Positions 23,147 to 33,905 of a DNA stretch of 64,000 nucleotides are shown here, one piece after another; the stretch's first letter is position 1, and each line of letters opens with the position of its first letter. Location: positions 372,001 to 436,000 of the forward strand of contig OZ025651.1 in NCBI GenBank assembly GCA_964019335.1, read 5' to 3'. A program made the position numbers and the translations under genes. Below the pieces are notes generated by a model, which was not told where the DNA came from, ran no database searches, and worked only from the letters and a program-made list of their open reading frames with translations. This DNA is from Diplonema japonicum. Lineage: Eukaryota > Protista > Euglenozoa: Diplonemea.

Positions 23147-23251
23147 AAAAAAAAAAGAAAAAAAAAACAACAACACCCATGCTATCTCCGTGTAAATGGC
23201 AGTATTTTTTTTTTTTTTATAAGTGCACTTTTTCTTTTTTTTTTTGAATTT

Positions 23252-23503
23252 TCAAGCCTGGCTGACAACCTGCGTGCCTCCTTCGTGGTGGATGTGCAAC
23301 TCTCCTGTGATATTCACATGCACGTTCGCTGTTGATGGAACGTCTTTGCTTGTTGAGATCTTTTGCTTCTTCTTCTTCTTCTTATCCTTCTTCTCCTTGT
23401 GAGGTCCACCCAGATCGAGGTCCGCATCGATTTCCGCTTCGATCTCCTCAGAAAGCTCATCTAGCGAGGCATCCACCTCAGCCAGCACGTCAGCAGGAAG
23501 CAT
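23252..23503 (-). CDS. Small hypothetical protein (83 aa, acidic then Lys-rich)
   Basis: ATG after an A-rich leader like other genes here; non-homopolymer coding composition. Confidence 0.5.
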   Translation of the reverse strand: MLPADVLAEVDASLDELSEEIEAEIDADLDLGGPHKEKKDKKKKKKQKISTSKDVPSTANVHVNITGELHIHHEGGTQVVSQA

Positions 23504-23688
23504 TTTTTTTTTCCTTTTTTTTTTTTTTTGCTTGGCTGTTCATTTTTTTCCCTCATTTCTTCCGATTGCCCTCAGATGGAACGATTCTCAAAAGAAAAAA
23601 GATTTTCCAAAAGGCTTTCTAAATATGTGCTCTACAGTTTTCAAAAAATATCGCTAAAAGCACCAGATGGGCTTAGGAGTGCCACCCC

Positions 23689-23719
<31 letters not shown>

Positions 23720-23811
23720 ACACACACAGCAAGTCATTGGAAGGACCCGAGCACGTCTTGAACCATTCATTAACAAAAAACAAAGAAATGAAAAGAAGAA
23801 GAAAAAAGCTC

Positions 23812-24399
23812 TCACTTTTTCGCGTACGGGGGTGATGCTAGCGTGTTCTCCAAGTTGGCAAGCAAGGCAACAACCGATTGTTTCTCCAACTGAAAATCGT
23901 CTAGCTTTTTCTTCTCAGCCCCGTACTGCTCCGTCACGTAGTCCCGCTCCTGGTAACCCACTCTGTACAGAGGGATCGATAAGAGGAAGATGGAAAACGC
24001 AATCACGCTGCGCGTGTAGAATAGCCTCTGAGCGTACACCGACCTTGCGAAGGATGGAAGCTGGGATGCTGTAGTGATAGGTGGCCGGGAGCGTCTGAAG
24101 TACTTGTTGTTGAAAATCGTATTTTCTGGTTTCGCAGCATCCTCACCAGCGACGAAGGTCCCCCACAACGCAAAGGTGCCTGCAAGCCCCGCGGCTTGTA
24201 CTTTAACCCAGAAACCTCTGCTTTTCGTTTCTCGTTCCAGCGAGTCGACCTCCGCCTGCTGGTCCGCGATCAAGGGTCGGTAGGACGCTGCTGCTTGATC
24301 CAAGTCATCCATGATCGCTGCTATGTCGTTCCTGCTCAGCAGAATAGGTTTGCCGTCCTCCTCCTTGTGCAGACCCTTCTGGGTCACTATGAAACGCAT
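23812..24399 (-). CDS. Hypothetical membrane protein (2 hydrophobic segments)
   Basis: ORF from MRFIVTQK (ATG 24399). Confidence 0.7.
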   Translation of the reverse strand: MRFIVTQKGLHKEEDGKPILLSRNDIAAIMDDLDQAAASYRPLIADQQAEVDSLERETKSRGFWVKVQAAGLAGTFALWGTFVAGEDAAKPENTIFNNKYFRRSRPPITTASQLPSFARSVYAQRLFYTRSVIAFSIFLLSIPLYRVGYQERDYVTEQYGAEKKKLDDFQLEKQSVVALLANLENTLASPPYAKK

Positions 24400-24712
24400 T
24401 TTATTTTTTCTTTCCCCTTTCCTTCTCTCCCTCTCCCTCCCCGGTCTCGCCTGTTTTTTTTTTTTTTTTTTTTTTTTTTTTTGTTTTGCTGGAACAAGTA
24501 AACAAGCCTTTTTTAAAAAAAGAATTGTTATTGCAAAAAAAAAAAAAAGAGGATGGGGGCGGGTATTAAAAAAACTGGAAAAAAAAGAAAACGAAAATCC
24601 TTTTTTTATTATACAATAAAAGATAGGTTTCCCCCTCACATGTTTCCAGGAAGAGGGGAGGGGGGGGGTTAACTTTTTTGTCTGTTCTTTGTTCTTTTCT
24701 TCTTTCCCCTCC

Positions 24713-26557
24713 TCACCGCGAGTCGTCGGGCCCTATGAATGATTCATTAAATCGAGGGGCTTTTGAAACGGCGAAGGCTGGGGCCCTCCTGCGGTAGGAC
24801 TCGGTGGATGGCGAAGGCTGAGAGTAGGCGCAAGGCCCTGGTGAGGATACGTACCCTGGTGCAGAACCCCTTGCAACAACGCCATCGGGTGTGATTACAC
24901 GCATCGCAAGGTTGGAGGGTGCCAAGCCGAACTTCCACTGCGGCGACGACGCTTGGCAGACTGCTTCTTGAGTAGTGTAGTCACCCGGACCTGGGGAGTA
25001 TGTTTTTAAAGGAATGCGTGCTGCTTCAATGGCTGCTCTATGCCGGCTTCTCTTCTCTTTTAGTTTTTCTTTTTCCTCCCTGATTTCTTCCACTTTTCGG
25101 TTCTTCGACTCGATTTTTTCAACCGTCAGATATTTTTTGAATTCGACCACTTTCTTCATCCTAGCAACGTTGTCTACTCTATCCCGCACCTTGAGGTGGA
25201 TCTGGTTGCTGCGAAGTTTCTTTTCGTTCGCCTTCTTCTTCTGCAGAACTGCGAAGTGCTTTTCCTGCGTTAGCTTCTTTGAAATGATTTGATTTTTCCG
25301 TTCGTCGACAAGCCGCATCGCTTCCTTATAGACTATTTTTCTTCTTTTTTCTTTTTCTTCGTCTTGCGACCGCTTTTCCAACAACAGTTTTGATCTTGTT
25401 TTTTCAAAATCGTCCAATGCCATGTTGGCCTTGGCCTCTTTCTCGAGCGCTCGTGAGACTTTTTGCTCCCTTGCGGCAGCGGAGCGTTCTAGAGCAGCTT
25501 TTATCTTAGATTGTTTCATGGCTGCTTGTTCACGTCGCTCCTGCAATGCGTCTACACGCTGCTTATCTTGGAGGAGTTTTATCTCTTCAGTCCGCTCGAT
25601 CCTCCCTAATAGTTCAAGCCGCCTCCCTTCTTGCAGCATTTTGTTTTGCTGGTGGATTTGTTTTTGGCGTTCCTCGTTGACGCAGCTTCTGGCTCGGTTT
25701 TGTTCTTCCAAGGATTTCTTTTTTTCCTCGACCTGCTTCTTCCTTAGCTCTTCTTTTTGCTGGTGTGTCCTTTGTTTTTTTAACAACGCGGCCTGTTGCT
25801 GCCTCTTCTCGAGGAGTTTTTTCGCGGCTGAGAGTTTTTGCCGCACCGCGGTTTCGAGTTCATTTTTAGCAGATTCTTGACGCTGAGCGGCCTTCATTTT
25901 TTCATCACGTAATCTTTCTTGTTCGAGTGCCTGTTCACGTTGTTCTCTAATTGACGCTACTTTGCTTTCGTGAAGTAGCCTCTGTCTCAGCATAGTCTGG
26001 TTAGCGTCTACAAGTTTCTTCAGTTTGGATTCTTCCAATGCGAAAAGAGCAGAGGCTTTTCTCGATTTTTTTGATGTTCTTGTCAACGAAAGCTGCATCG
26101 AATGCTTGATGATGTTGTTTCGCTCTTCCATGAGCGTCTCGAGCTTCATCATTCTGCGGGTTTCGTAATGCTCGTAATGCGCCTTTGCGCACTCCGTGTC
26201 GGTTTTGCTTAATCTTTTTGTCCCGTTTTTCGAGTGTTCCATTAGGAAATATTCCAGGGGTTTGGAGACAATCTCCTCGGGGAGAATACCTAGTCTTAAG
26301 CAAGCTTCCATAGACCTCGGGCTGTCTAAAATTTTCCCTTCACTTTCGTTGATGTTAAGCAAGTTCACCTTCCCCCCTTCTATTATCCCTTCGTCGCACT
26401 CAACCGGCAATAGGACGCTCGGGTCCATACCCGTCATCTTAACTTGGACGGGTCCCGCCCATCTTGGAGGTACTTTTAACTCTTTTTTAGCGTTTTCCAG
26501 CCTTCTCGGACTTGCGGTTGCTGGTCGCTTTGTAATTAATTCTTCGCCTTCATCCAT
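24713..26557 (-). CDS. Coiled-coil protein with C-terminal PGPGxY (SHIPPO/STPG-like) repeats, probably flagellar/cytoskeletal
   Basis: Long K/E/Q-rich helical region; SPGPGDY, SPGPCAY, APAFAV..PRF. Confidence 0.7.
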   Translation of the reverse strand: MDEGEELITKRPATASPRRLENAKKELKVPPRWAGPVQVKMTGMDPSVLLPVECDEGIIEGGKVNLLNINESEGKILDSPRSMEACLRLGILPEEIVSKPLEYFLMEHSKNGTKRLSKTDTECAKAHYEHYETRRMMKLETLMEERNNIIKHSMQLSLTRTSKKSRKASALFALEESKLKKLVDANQTMLRQRLLHESKVASIREQREQALEQERLRDEKMKAAQRQESAKNELETAVRQKLSAAKKLLEKRQQQAALLKKQRTHQQKEELRKKQVEEKKKSLEEQNRARSCVNEERQKQIHQQNKMLQEGRRLELLGRIERTEEIKLLQDKQRVDALQERREQAAMKQSKIKAALERSAAAREQKVSRALEKEAKANMALDDFEKTRSKLLLEKRSQDEEKEKRRKIVYKEAMRLVDERKNQIISKKLTQEKHFAVLQKKKANEKKLRSNQIHLKVRDRVDNVARMKKVVEFKKYLTVEKIESKNRKVEEIREEKEKLKEKRSRHRAAIEAARIPLKTYSPGPGDYTTQEAVCQASSPQWKFGLAPSNLAMRVITPDGVVARGSAPGYVSSPGPCAYSQPSPSTESYRRRAPAFAVSKAPRFNESFIGPDDSR

Positions 26558-27472
26558 ATTTTTTCTTCTTCTTCTTTCGCCCCGCACCCCGTTTCACTTT
26601 TGCGAAGAATGTTACAATAAATTAAAAAGGAATAAATAAGAAGGAAAAAAAAATCTTTTTTAAAACGTTGGGATAAAAGGGCAAGGGGAATGAGGAGGGG
26701 GAAAGAGAGGCATTTCCCCCTCTCCCTTCCCCTTGCCCTTTCCCCATTCGCGATGGAAGGGGATATAAAAGGGGAAAAATAAATGGGGGGCAAAGAAGTC
26801 TCGTTTGCGTGTCAGCTTGTTCTTTTTCACTTTTATTCGTTGTTCTTTTTTTTTTTTTTATATATAAGTTTTTCTTCTTTTTCTTTTTTTTCGCAGGAGA
26901 TCGCATAGAAACTAATCAAATTTACACCAACTGGGAAAAAAAAAGAGGGAGGAGCAAGTATGCAAAATATTTTTGTAAGTATAAAAAATATAACCCCCCT
27001 ATTATTTGTCTGTATCTGGAGAAATCTTATGAAGAGGGGAGGATGAGAAGGGGGGGGGGGGGGGGGGGGCAAAGAGATTACCACTTCGTGCTCTTAATAT
27101 TTCTTCTTTTTTTTGTTTCTTCCCCCCTCTCCTTTTCCCTCATCTTCTTTCCGGGTTCTTAGATCTTCAAATTTTTAAAAAAGACAAAAAAAAAAAAAAA
27201 AAAAGAGACATTTAAAAAACAACAGCAATAAATGAAGGGGCCAGCACAATTGAATAAAAGGAGAGGGGTGTGAAGAGAGGGGGAGGGAACAAATGCCGCA
27301 GGAATGCCGGCAAAGGCCCTAGCTTAATTTAAAAAAAAAAACAAAAAAAAAGACAAAAAAAAAAAAAAAAAAAAAAAGCCCCTACCCCCACGTCTTCTTT
27401 TTTTTTTAAATAAACAAATGTCAACAACACCTTTGTTTCGTAAGCGGAAGAAGAAAAAAAAAAAAATCCTTT

Positions 27473-28828
27473 CTACAACATTGCGTAGTACACCGTGGCA
27501 TAAGTAGGAAGGAAGACGACCACGGAAGCTCCCAATGTGAACAACCCGAACCCACCTAAGAGGGGCTCCTTGTGGAAAGGCCATCTCCAGCACTGCGAAT
27601 CAAACAACGCCCACAACAAAAAACCAATCACAACAGGCCCGAAGGTTACAATCGAGGCCACCTCATGAGGGCTAAAAGGCGTGCTGTCCTTCTTACAAAA
27701 CGCGGTGAGAAGAAACACAGGAAGGAGTATACATGTTACCACATCATACGCAGCTTGCTCGGCAGTGGCCCATAAAGCCCCGGATAATGTTAAACTTCCT
27801 CGAAGATATTCCAATTTCTTACCTTCACACGGCGGTGGTGAATCGGGACCGTCCCAAGCACCTTTGTAAGTAACAGATTTTCCAAGCGTTTCCCTCCAAG
27901 TACCCCCTATCTTATCCAAGGGGAGACCAGTAGTCCCGTAATTACATTCGAACTTAGCATGATGAATATTGTGATACTGATCAGACTGCCAGTTGTCCTC
28001 AAACCCACTGTGCGACGCCGCAGGTGAGATCAGCGCGTGTATCAAGCACCAAAACGGGACAAACGGATGCAACCCTATAAAAAGCAACGCACCAGCACAG
28101 CTATAATAGTAAAGGTGTTCAATCGGGTGCATGCACAGCCCTGCGTAAGGCTCAATTTGAACGTTTCTATGATGCAGGGAATGTACGTACTTGTAGATTA
28201 CCCTGATGTGGATCAGACGGTGTGCACAGTAGAAGTGAAGGTCCCGCCACACCCCGACGAAAAGCGTCAGGAAAACGTTCAAAAACCCCGTGAAGGACAG
28301 CGAAAAAAATTCGTCCGACCTCGGGACGAGATTATTCGAGTACACGTAGATGAACGCACAGTCCCACAGAGCAGATTGAACTGCACCAAGAGAACTGTAA
28401 TACACATTGTGGAACAAACGGGATTTGGACGGGCCTTCAACCGTTTGTGAAAAGTTTCTTGTCGAAAACTTGAAGACGTAGATGGCAACGTGCCAGAATC
28501 CCACGAATATGTGCATTGTCCAAAAATGGATCCACATCCTGGAGAATACCAAGCTGAGGTGCATTTGTTTGGATTCTTGTGAGTCGAGGTCGTAAGGGAA
28601 GACGATGTACACGAATGCGGTCACGGCACACCAAATTGGAACAACGCTCCACAACCACTTGAAGGGGTTGAACATGTCTAGCAACCAGTTTTGCTGCCAG
28701 AGAATGGGTTGCATTGATGTGTACCCAGGTTCCTTCTCGTGGTCCACCCAAAGCGGGGCTTTGAAAAAGCTTCCATTTACGGTGCCGAGAAACCCTTCGA
28801 ATAAACCGATGCCTGAACGCTTTTTCAT
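27473..28828 (-). CDS. Sterol desaturase / fatty acid hydroxylase superfamily membrane enzyme
   Basis: His boxes HRLIH, HSLHH, HNIHH, plus HPIE and NYG; several TM helices. Confidence 0.85.
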   Translation of the reverse strand: MKKRSGIGLFEGFLGTVNGSFFKAPLWVDHEKEPGYTSMQPILWQQNWLLDMFNPFKWLWSVVPIWCAVTAFVYIVFPYDLDSQESKQMHLSLVFSRMWIHFWTMHIFVGFWHVAIYVFKFSTRNFSQTVEGPSKSRLFHNVYYSSLGAVQSALWDCAFIYVYSNNLVPRSDEFFSLSFTGFLNVFLTLFVGVWRDLHFYCAHRLIHIRVIYKYVHSLHHRNVQIEPYAGLCMHPIEHLYYYSCAGALLFIGLHPFVPFWCLIHALISPAASHSGFEDNWQSDQYHNIHHAKFECNYGTTGLPLDKIGGTWRETLGKSVTYKGAWDGPDSPPPCEGKKLEYLRGSLTLSGALWATAEQAAYDVVTCILLPVFLLTAFCKKDSTPFSPHEVASIVTFGPVVIGFLLWALFDSQCWRWPFHKEPLLGGFGLFTLGASVVVFLPTYATVYYAML

Positions 28829-29143
28829 TTTTTTTTTTTTTTTTTTTTGTGTTGTCTTTTTTTTTTTTTTGAGAAATTGAAAGGGGTGGAGAATGCAATC
28901 GACGGGTGGTGGGAGAGGGGGAAACAAAAAAAAAAAAAACAAAAAAAGTGCTATGTATATGTGTAGGTCGGTATCGCGTTGCATGGGTGTTCTCATTCTT
29001 CTTCTCTCCCCCCCCCATTTTTCTCCCATTTTTTTTCTTTGTAAAATAAAAAAAAAAATTTTTTTTTATAAAATGAAATAAAAAAAAAAAAAAAGAATAG
29101 GTGGGTTATTCTTTTGTTTGCGCAACGGTTAAAAAGAGGAGAA

Positions 29144-29202
<59 letters not shown>

Positions 29203-29532
29203 AAAAAAGCAATGTTGATTAGGGTAAATCCCACTTGAGGACTACCTTAAAAAAATTAAACGCTGTCACGATTTTCTTTTTTTCCCCCTTTTTTTCTTTT
29301 AAATTTTATGGAGAACAAAATATTTTTTTTTGAATGAAAACAAAAAAAAAAATGAAACGTAGGTTATTTTTCTTTCGCACTTTGGGGTTTTTTTTTTTTT
29401 TTTTAAAGAAATCCTCAAGTAAAACACTTCTTCTTCTTTCTATCTTTTTTTTCTTCAAAGCGCAAGGAAACACTTTTCTTCTTTTTTTTTTTCTGTCTCT
29501 CTCTCCCCTCCATGCTCCCCTTCCCCCCTTTT

Positions 29533-29569
<37 letters not shown>

Positions 29570-30013
29570 GGTGAAACAATAAAACAAACAAAAAGGCCGA
29601 CAGATATAAGAATGAAGAGAACGGGGGAAAAAAAAATAAAAAAGAAATAAATGAATCTTGTAGCAACTCATCAAAGAAAGAAAAAGAAAAAGAAACACAT
29701 CATATTTTTTTTTTTTAAATAAAAAAAGTGCTTCGATTCACAAGAGAATTTTCTATGGCACAAAAATAGAAAAAAAAAAGGTGAAGGGTTTAAAAATAAA
29801 ATAAAAATGGGAGGGAGAAACAGAGGAGGTTAATAATAAAAAAAAAAGGTTTAACAAAAAGAAAACACTTTGCACACACCTCCCCCCACTTTTTCTTTCC
29901 AACAAGCCAAAAAAAAAAAACAAAAGAAAACTTGGTACTACAACAGAAAGGGAGAGGTAGAAACACACTTTTCCCCCCCTCTTTTTTTTTTTTTTTTAAA
30001 TACGTGGCGCTTT

Positions 30014-32178
30014 TTAGCGTCCCCGTCCACTTCCTCTGCCAGAGGCACCTTTACCCCTACCAGACGCTTGCTTAGGTTCCTCAGGAATTGGTTCTGTTTT
30101 TTTTTTTCTTTTTTTTTTCTTTCCCCCTGTCAAACCTTCTGCTTCGTCATTGACCTTCTCAACCCTCGCTTTCCTCTCGGGCTCTGGTGGAGGGGGTGTG
30201 TATAATTGCTCTTGCAGTTCCTGCGTTTTTTTTCTTTTTTTTCCCTTTCCCTTCTCTCTTACCTGAGTGGAGACCCAATTTTTCGAATTAACGTACTCCT
30301 TGACGCCAGCTTCTTCCCAGCAATTGTGTGCAGGGCCATCCACCACCCATCTGTAGCTTCCTCCTCGCTGATCGTCCCAGATAATCTGAAAGAAAAATTC
30401 TTTTTCAAAAAAAAAAAAAAAAAAAAAATACCCTGCATGCGGCGTTCCCGTTCCGGATGACCGATTCCGAAGCAGTCCCGATCTTGGTCTCCGCGGACTC
30501 CCCCCAACCCCGTTTGGCGTAGATGTTGAAAACGCTGCCGTTCTGCGCCACCTTCAGGTTGATCTGCTTGCTCGGCCACGAACACCAAGTTATCAACGAT
30601 GAATCCTGTATTTCCCCCCTCTTTTTTTTTTTTTTTTTTTACACATACAGCATAAGGCTGGTAACGCTTTGCAGGGGTGAAACCCAAACCGACGGTCTTG
30701 TAGTTGTTATTCTGCTCCGCGATCGACTCCAAGAGAGAGGGAAGCTTCGACAAATGATAGTAAGAGCGGACACACAGCGACACGGTGGTGGTGTCGGAGG
30801 GCGCCACCTCATCGTGCGGCCATTTCGTACGCGACAACAGTTCAAGCCTTCTGTCGAGCGTCCAGTGATCAGACTTTGAGATCCTGTCACGCGGCTTCTC
30901 TGCCTCGAAGTAAAGGATGTCACTTGCGATGTACAGTGACTGCTGGCACCCCATGCCAACAAGCCCACCCCACCCCGCCTTCATCTTAACAAGCTCGCCA
31001 TCCAAAATCATAGTGTTGATGGCATTTGCTTCACCGTAAAGAGGTGCCTTGCCGCCCTCATATTCCACGTCTCCTATCCGAGGCTTGAACGTGTATATAA
31101 CATCCATTGCCTTCGGGACTAGGTAGAACTTCCCCTCGTCCATGTTCAGGAAATGCGGCGTGTAGACCAGTAGGTAGCGGCTCCCGTCTGTCTTCTTAAA
31201 GACCTTGTGGGAGTCTCCCTTCGGGACCTCGCCTTTCGGGTTCACGATCTTGCCGTCGACGTTTTGGAACGTGCCCACATCCCTCGTCCCTGGGAACCGA
31301 GGGTCGCCTCCCGAAATCTTCTCCGATAGAATTGAAAGAACATGGTGGTACTCCGCAATGTTATTTATAGGGATCAACCCGTGGCTTGGGACAGTGTGCG
31401 GGAGCGAGAATGAAAGAACCTTCTCACACACGATGTTGGTGTGGTGGACAGCTGTTTCCAGTAGCTTCGCCTCAGGGAGTGTACCGTCCACCCTTGTGAC
31501 AAGCCCCTTAACTCCGTTGAAGACGGAAAGCCGCTCGGCTTCGTTTTGGAGGTAGAAATCAAGCTGTTTGCTTGCATGGACTTTTTCTTCGCCCGCCTTG
31601 ACCGCGTTCTCAATGCAGGTTTCCTTGCTCAGTCCTGTTAAGTACAGAACCTGGCCAGGAGCCAACCCGTACTGTCCCAGTATGAATGATACATAGTGGA
31701 AGACAGCGTTGTTCCTGCAATGGATGTCGAGGAAGTAGCATTTGACCTTTGGGTCTTTGTGGGTTGCTTCTAGGACGCAGTCGAGTTCTTTGAGGGCGTC
31801 TTTGGTGTCGCCCCATATTGAGGTTGGTCGGTTGTCGAAGGAGGTCTTCTTTTCCTCCGTTGCGTGCTGTTTCGTGAGCCACGAGGAGTGGAACACCCCG
31901 CTGAACTGTTTTGCCAAACCTTTGCCCAACCCCACCACGCCCGACCCCGGGGCACCGAATATAATTATAACCGGTTTCTTGCTGCTTTTCTGGCTTTGGT
32001 AACTCGTAGGGAGCCAGGGTGTTGCCTCGGGGTTCATTGAGAACGAACCCATGGCTGCCGCCGCCGGCTGCCCGTACCCCTTCCGCGCCCCGCCCCCCCG
32101 GGCCGCCCCAGGCCCGGGCGCGAACGCCAGCGCGTTCGGGTTCAGCCCTTTGTCCTCCGGCGACTTTCCGCCCGACAT
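30014..32178 (-). CDS. CE1: Adenylate-kinase-like + mRNA guanylyltransferase fusion, Ce1-type (re)capping enzyme (introns 30606-30648, 30386-30431, probably 30221-30262 and 30094-30135)
   Basis: P-loop-like IIIFGAPGSG; GTase motifs FPG, KTDGSRY (KxDG), ILDGEL, YIASDILYF, GLGFTP; N-terminal PAM2-like motifs; introns restore the frame to a G/R-rich tail. Confidence 0.75.
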
Positions 32179-32349
32179 CTTTATTCCTTTTTTTCTCTTC
32201 TTTTTTGCCCTTTTTTTTGTGTTTATGTTAGTATTTTGCCATATACGAATGGAGAGGAAAAAGAAAAAAAGAGGGGGTAAAAAAAAAAGTACAATTTTAG
32301 ACGAAAAGGTGGGAAGAGGGAAGGGGGGAAATTAGAAATAGTTAGCTAG

Positions 32350-32381
<32 letters not shown>

Positions 32382-32498
32382 AACAATTGATATTTACTGT
32401 CATTTACACATGGTACAAGAAAAAAGAAAAAAAAAAGAAGAAGAAAGAAAAGGCTTCTAACTTTATTTATTTATTTATTTTATATTGTTTTGTTTTGT

Positions 32499-33071
32499 TC
32501 ACCCTTGAAGCTGAAGCTCAAGCTGTTCAAGGAGCGTTTCGTTTTGCGACATTAAACTGTCGATTTCCTGCTCGGCTTTAAGAAGGGCTTGGGTGTTGTC
32601 CTCACAAGAAGTGCAAACAGGGGCCTTCGAGAGAGCCTGTTGCGCGTTAAGCTCAGCAGTGAGGCGGGCAATTTCCCGTTGCTTAGTGACAGCCTGCTGC
32701 TCATGATGACGAAGCTTAGCCTTAACATCACGCAGCTGAGACTCTAAGGAGGTGTTGTCATCCTCCGCTTTACTAAGAAGCGCGATCATGTCTTCAAACT
32801 GTGCCATTGCCTTATCCCTCTCTCCTAGTATTTCTGTAACGTCTTCCTGCTCCGAGCTGCCGCACACACTGCTCAATTCACTTCTTAACAATTTTACTTC
32901 TTCCCGTAATTCCTCAACTTCGTCGCTCTGCCTTCTTAAGTAGGAAGTACCAGTTTCCCCCACACTTGAAAACAAAGTGCTTGCGTCTTCCCTCTTCTGA
33001 ATTCCCTTGTATAAAGAATCCACCAGCAGCCCCACCTCCTCCACCGCTTGGGAGCTACTAAGTGTTTTCAT
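32499..33071 (-). CDS. Coiled-coil hypothetical protein
   Basis: 190-aa ORF with heptad character. Confidence 0.7.
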   Translation of the reverse strand: MKTLSSSQAVEEVGLLVDSLYKGIQKREDASTLFSSVGETGTSYLRRQSDEVEELREEVKLLRSELSSVCGSSEQEDVTEILGERDKAMAQFEDMIALLSKAEDDNTSLESQLRDVKAKLRHHEQQAVTKQREIARLTAELNAQQALSKAPVCTSCEDNTQALLKAEQEIDSLMSQNETLLEQLELQLQG

Positions 33072-33905
33072 CTCCCCCCTTTTTTCTTCCCTTCAAAATG
33101 TATTTTTTTTTATTTTCGTTGAAACGAGGGGATAAAATACTATGTGTGCAAAGTATGTGTAGGGTTGCGAATGTGAAGGAAAGAAAGAAAGCTGCTTTTT
33201 TTTTTTTTTTTTTTCCATCCCCCCTTCTCAACAAAAAAAAAGAAGCAACTAGGCCGTATTTGTTACATGAAGGCGGGGGGAGAGGATTTCACCCCCCCCC
33301 TCCCCCTGAAACGGATAAAAAAAGACAAAGCGATGATTGTTGGTCACCGTTCCCAGTATGCGACCAGCCAAGGAGGCCCAGACTACATATTCTTCGCGAA
33401 AGGACTTTTTGAGGTTTGAGAGGGGTAAGGGTGGGACAACAATCGGCGAAAAAATCATTTTTTTTTTTTTGGAAAAAAAAAAAAGAAAGAAATACTGAAA
33501 CAAAAATTGATGAATGGGGCAAACTTGCGTTCGCCATTTGTTCCATTCCACCAGTATTCTTCCGCCCACATCCTATTCTTCCCCCTTCCCTGGGGATGGC
33601 GGTTCCCGTTCGCCATTACAAAAAAAAAAGAGAAAAAAATCCGGAAGGGAAATTCTACGGGACGCGGTCTGACGGGCTCGGAAGTTTTTCCTTCGGAGGG
33701 GGGAGGGGAGGGGAGTTTTTTTTTTTTTTTTTTTTCTTCTTTCTTCTTCTTTTTTATTTCTTTCATTTTCTGAAGCGCTGTTCCACAACGGTTATGGGTT
33801 TGCAAAAAGAAAAAAAAAGAAAAAAAAAAAAAGCTATTCATCAAAAAAAGCAGGGTCAAAGGGAGCCAAAAAAAAAAATGCTCTGGAAAGAGCACCTGTT
33901 ATCTC

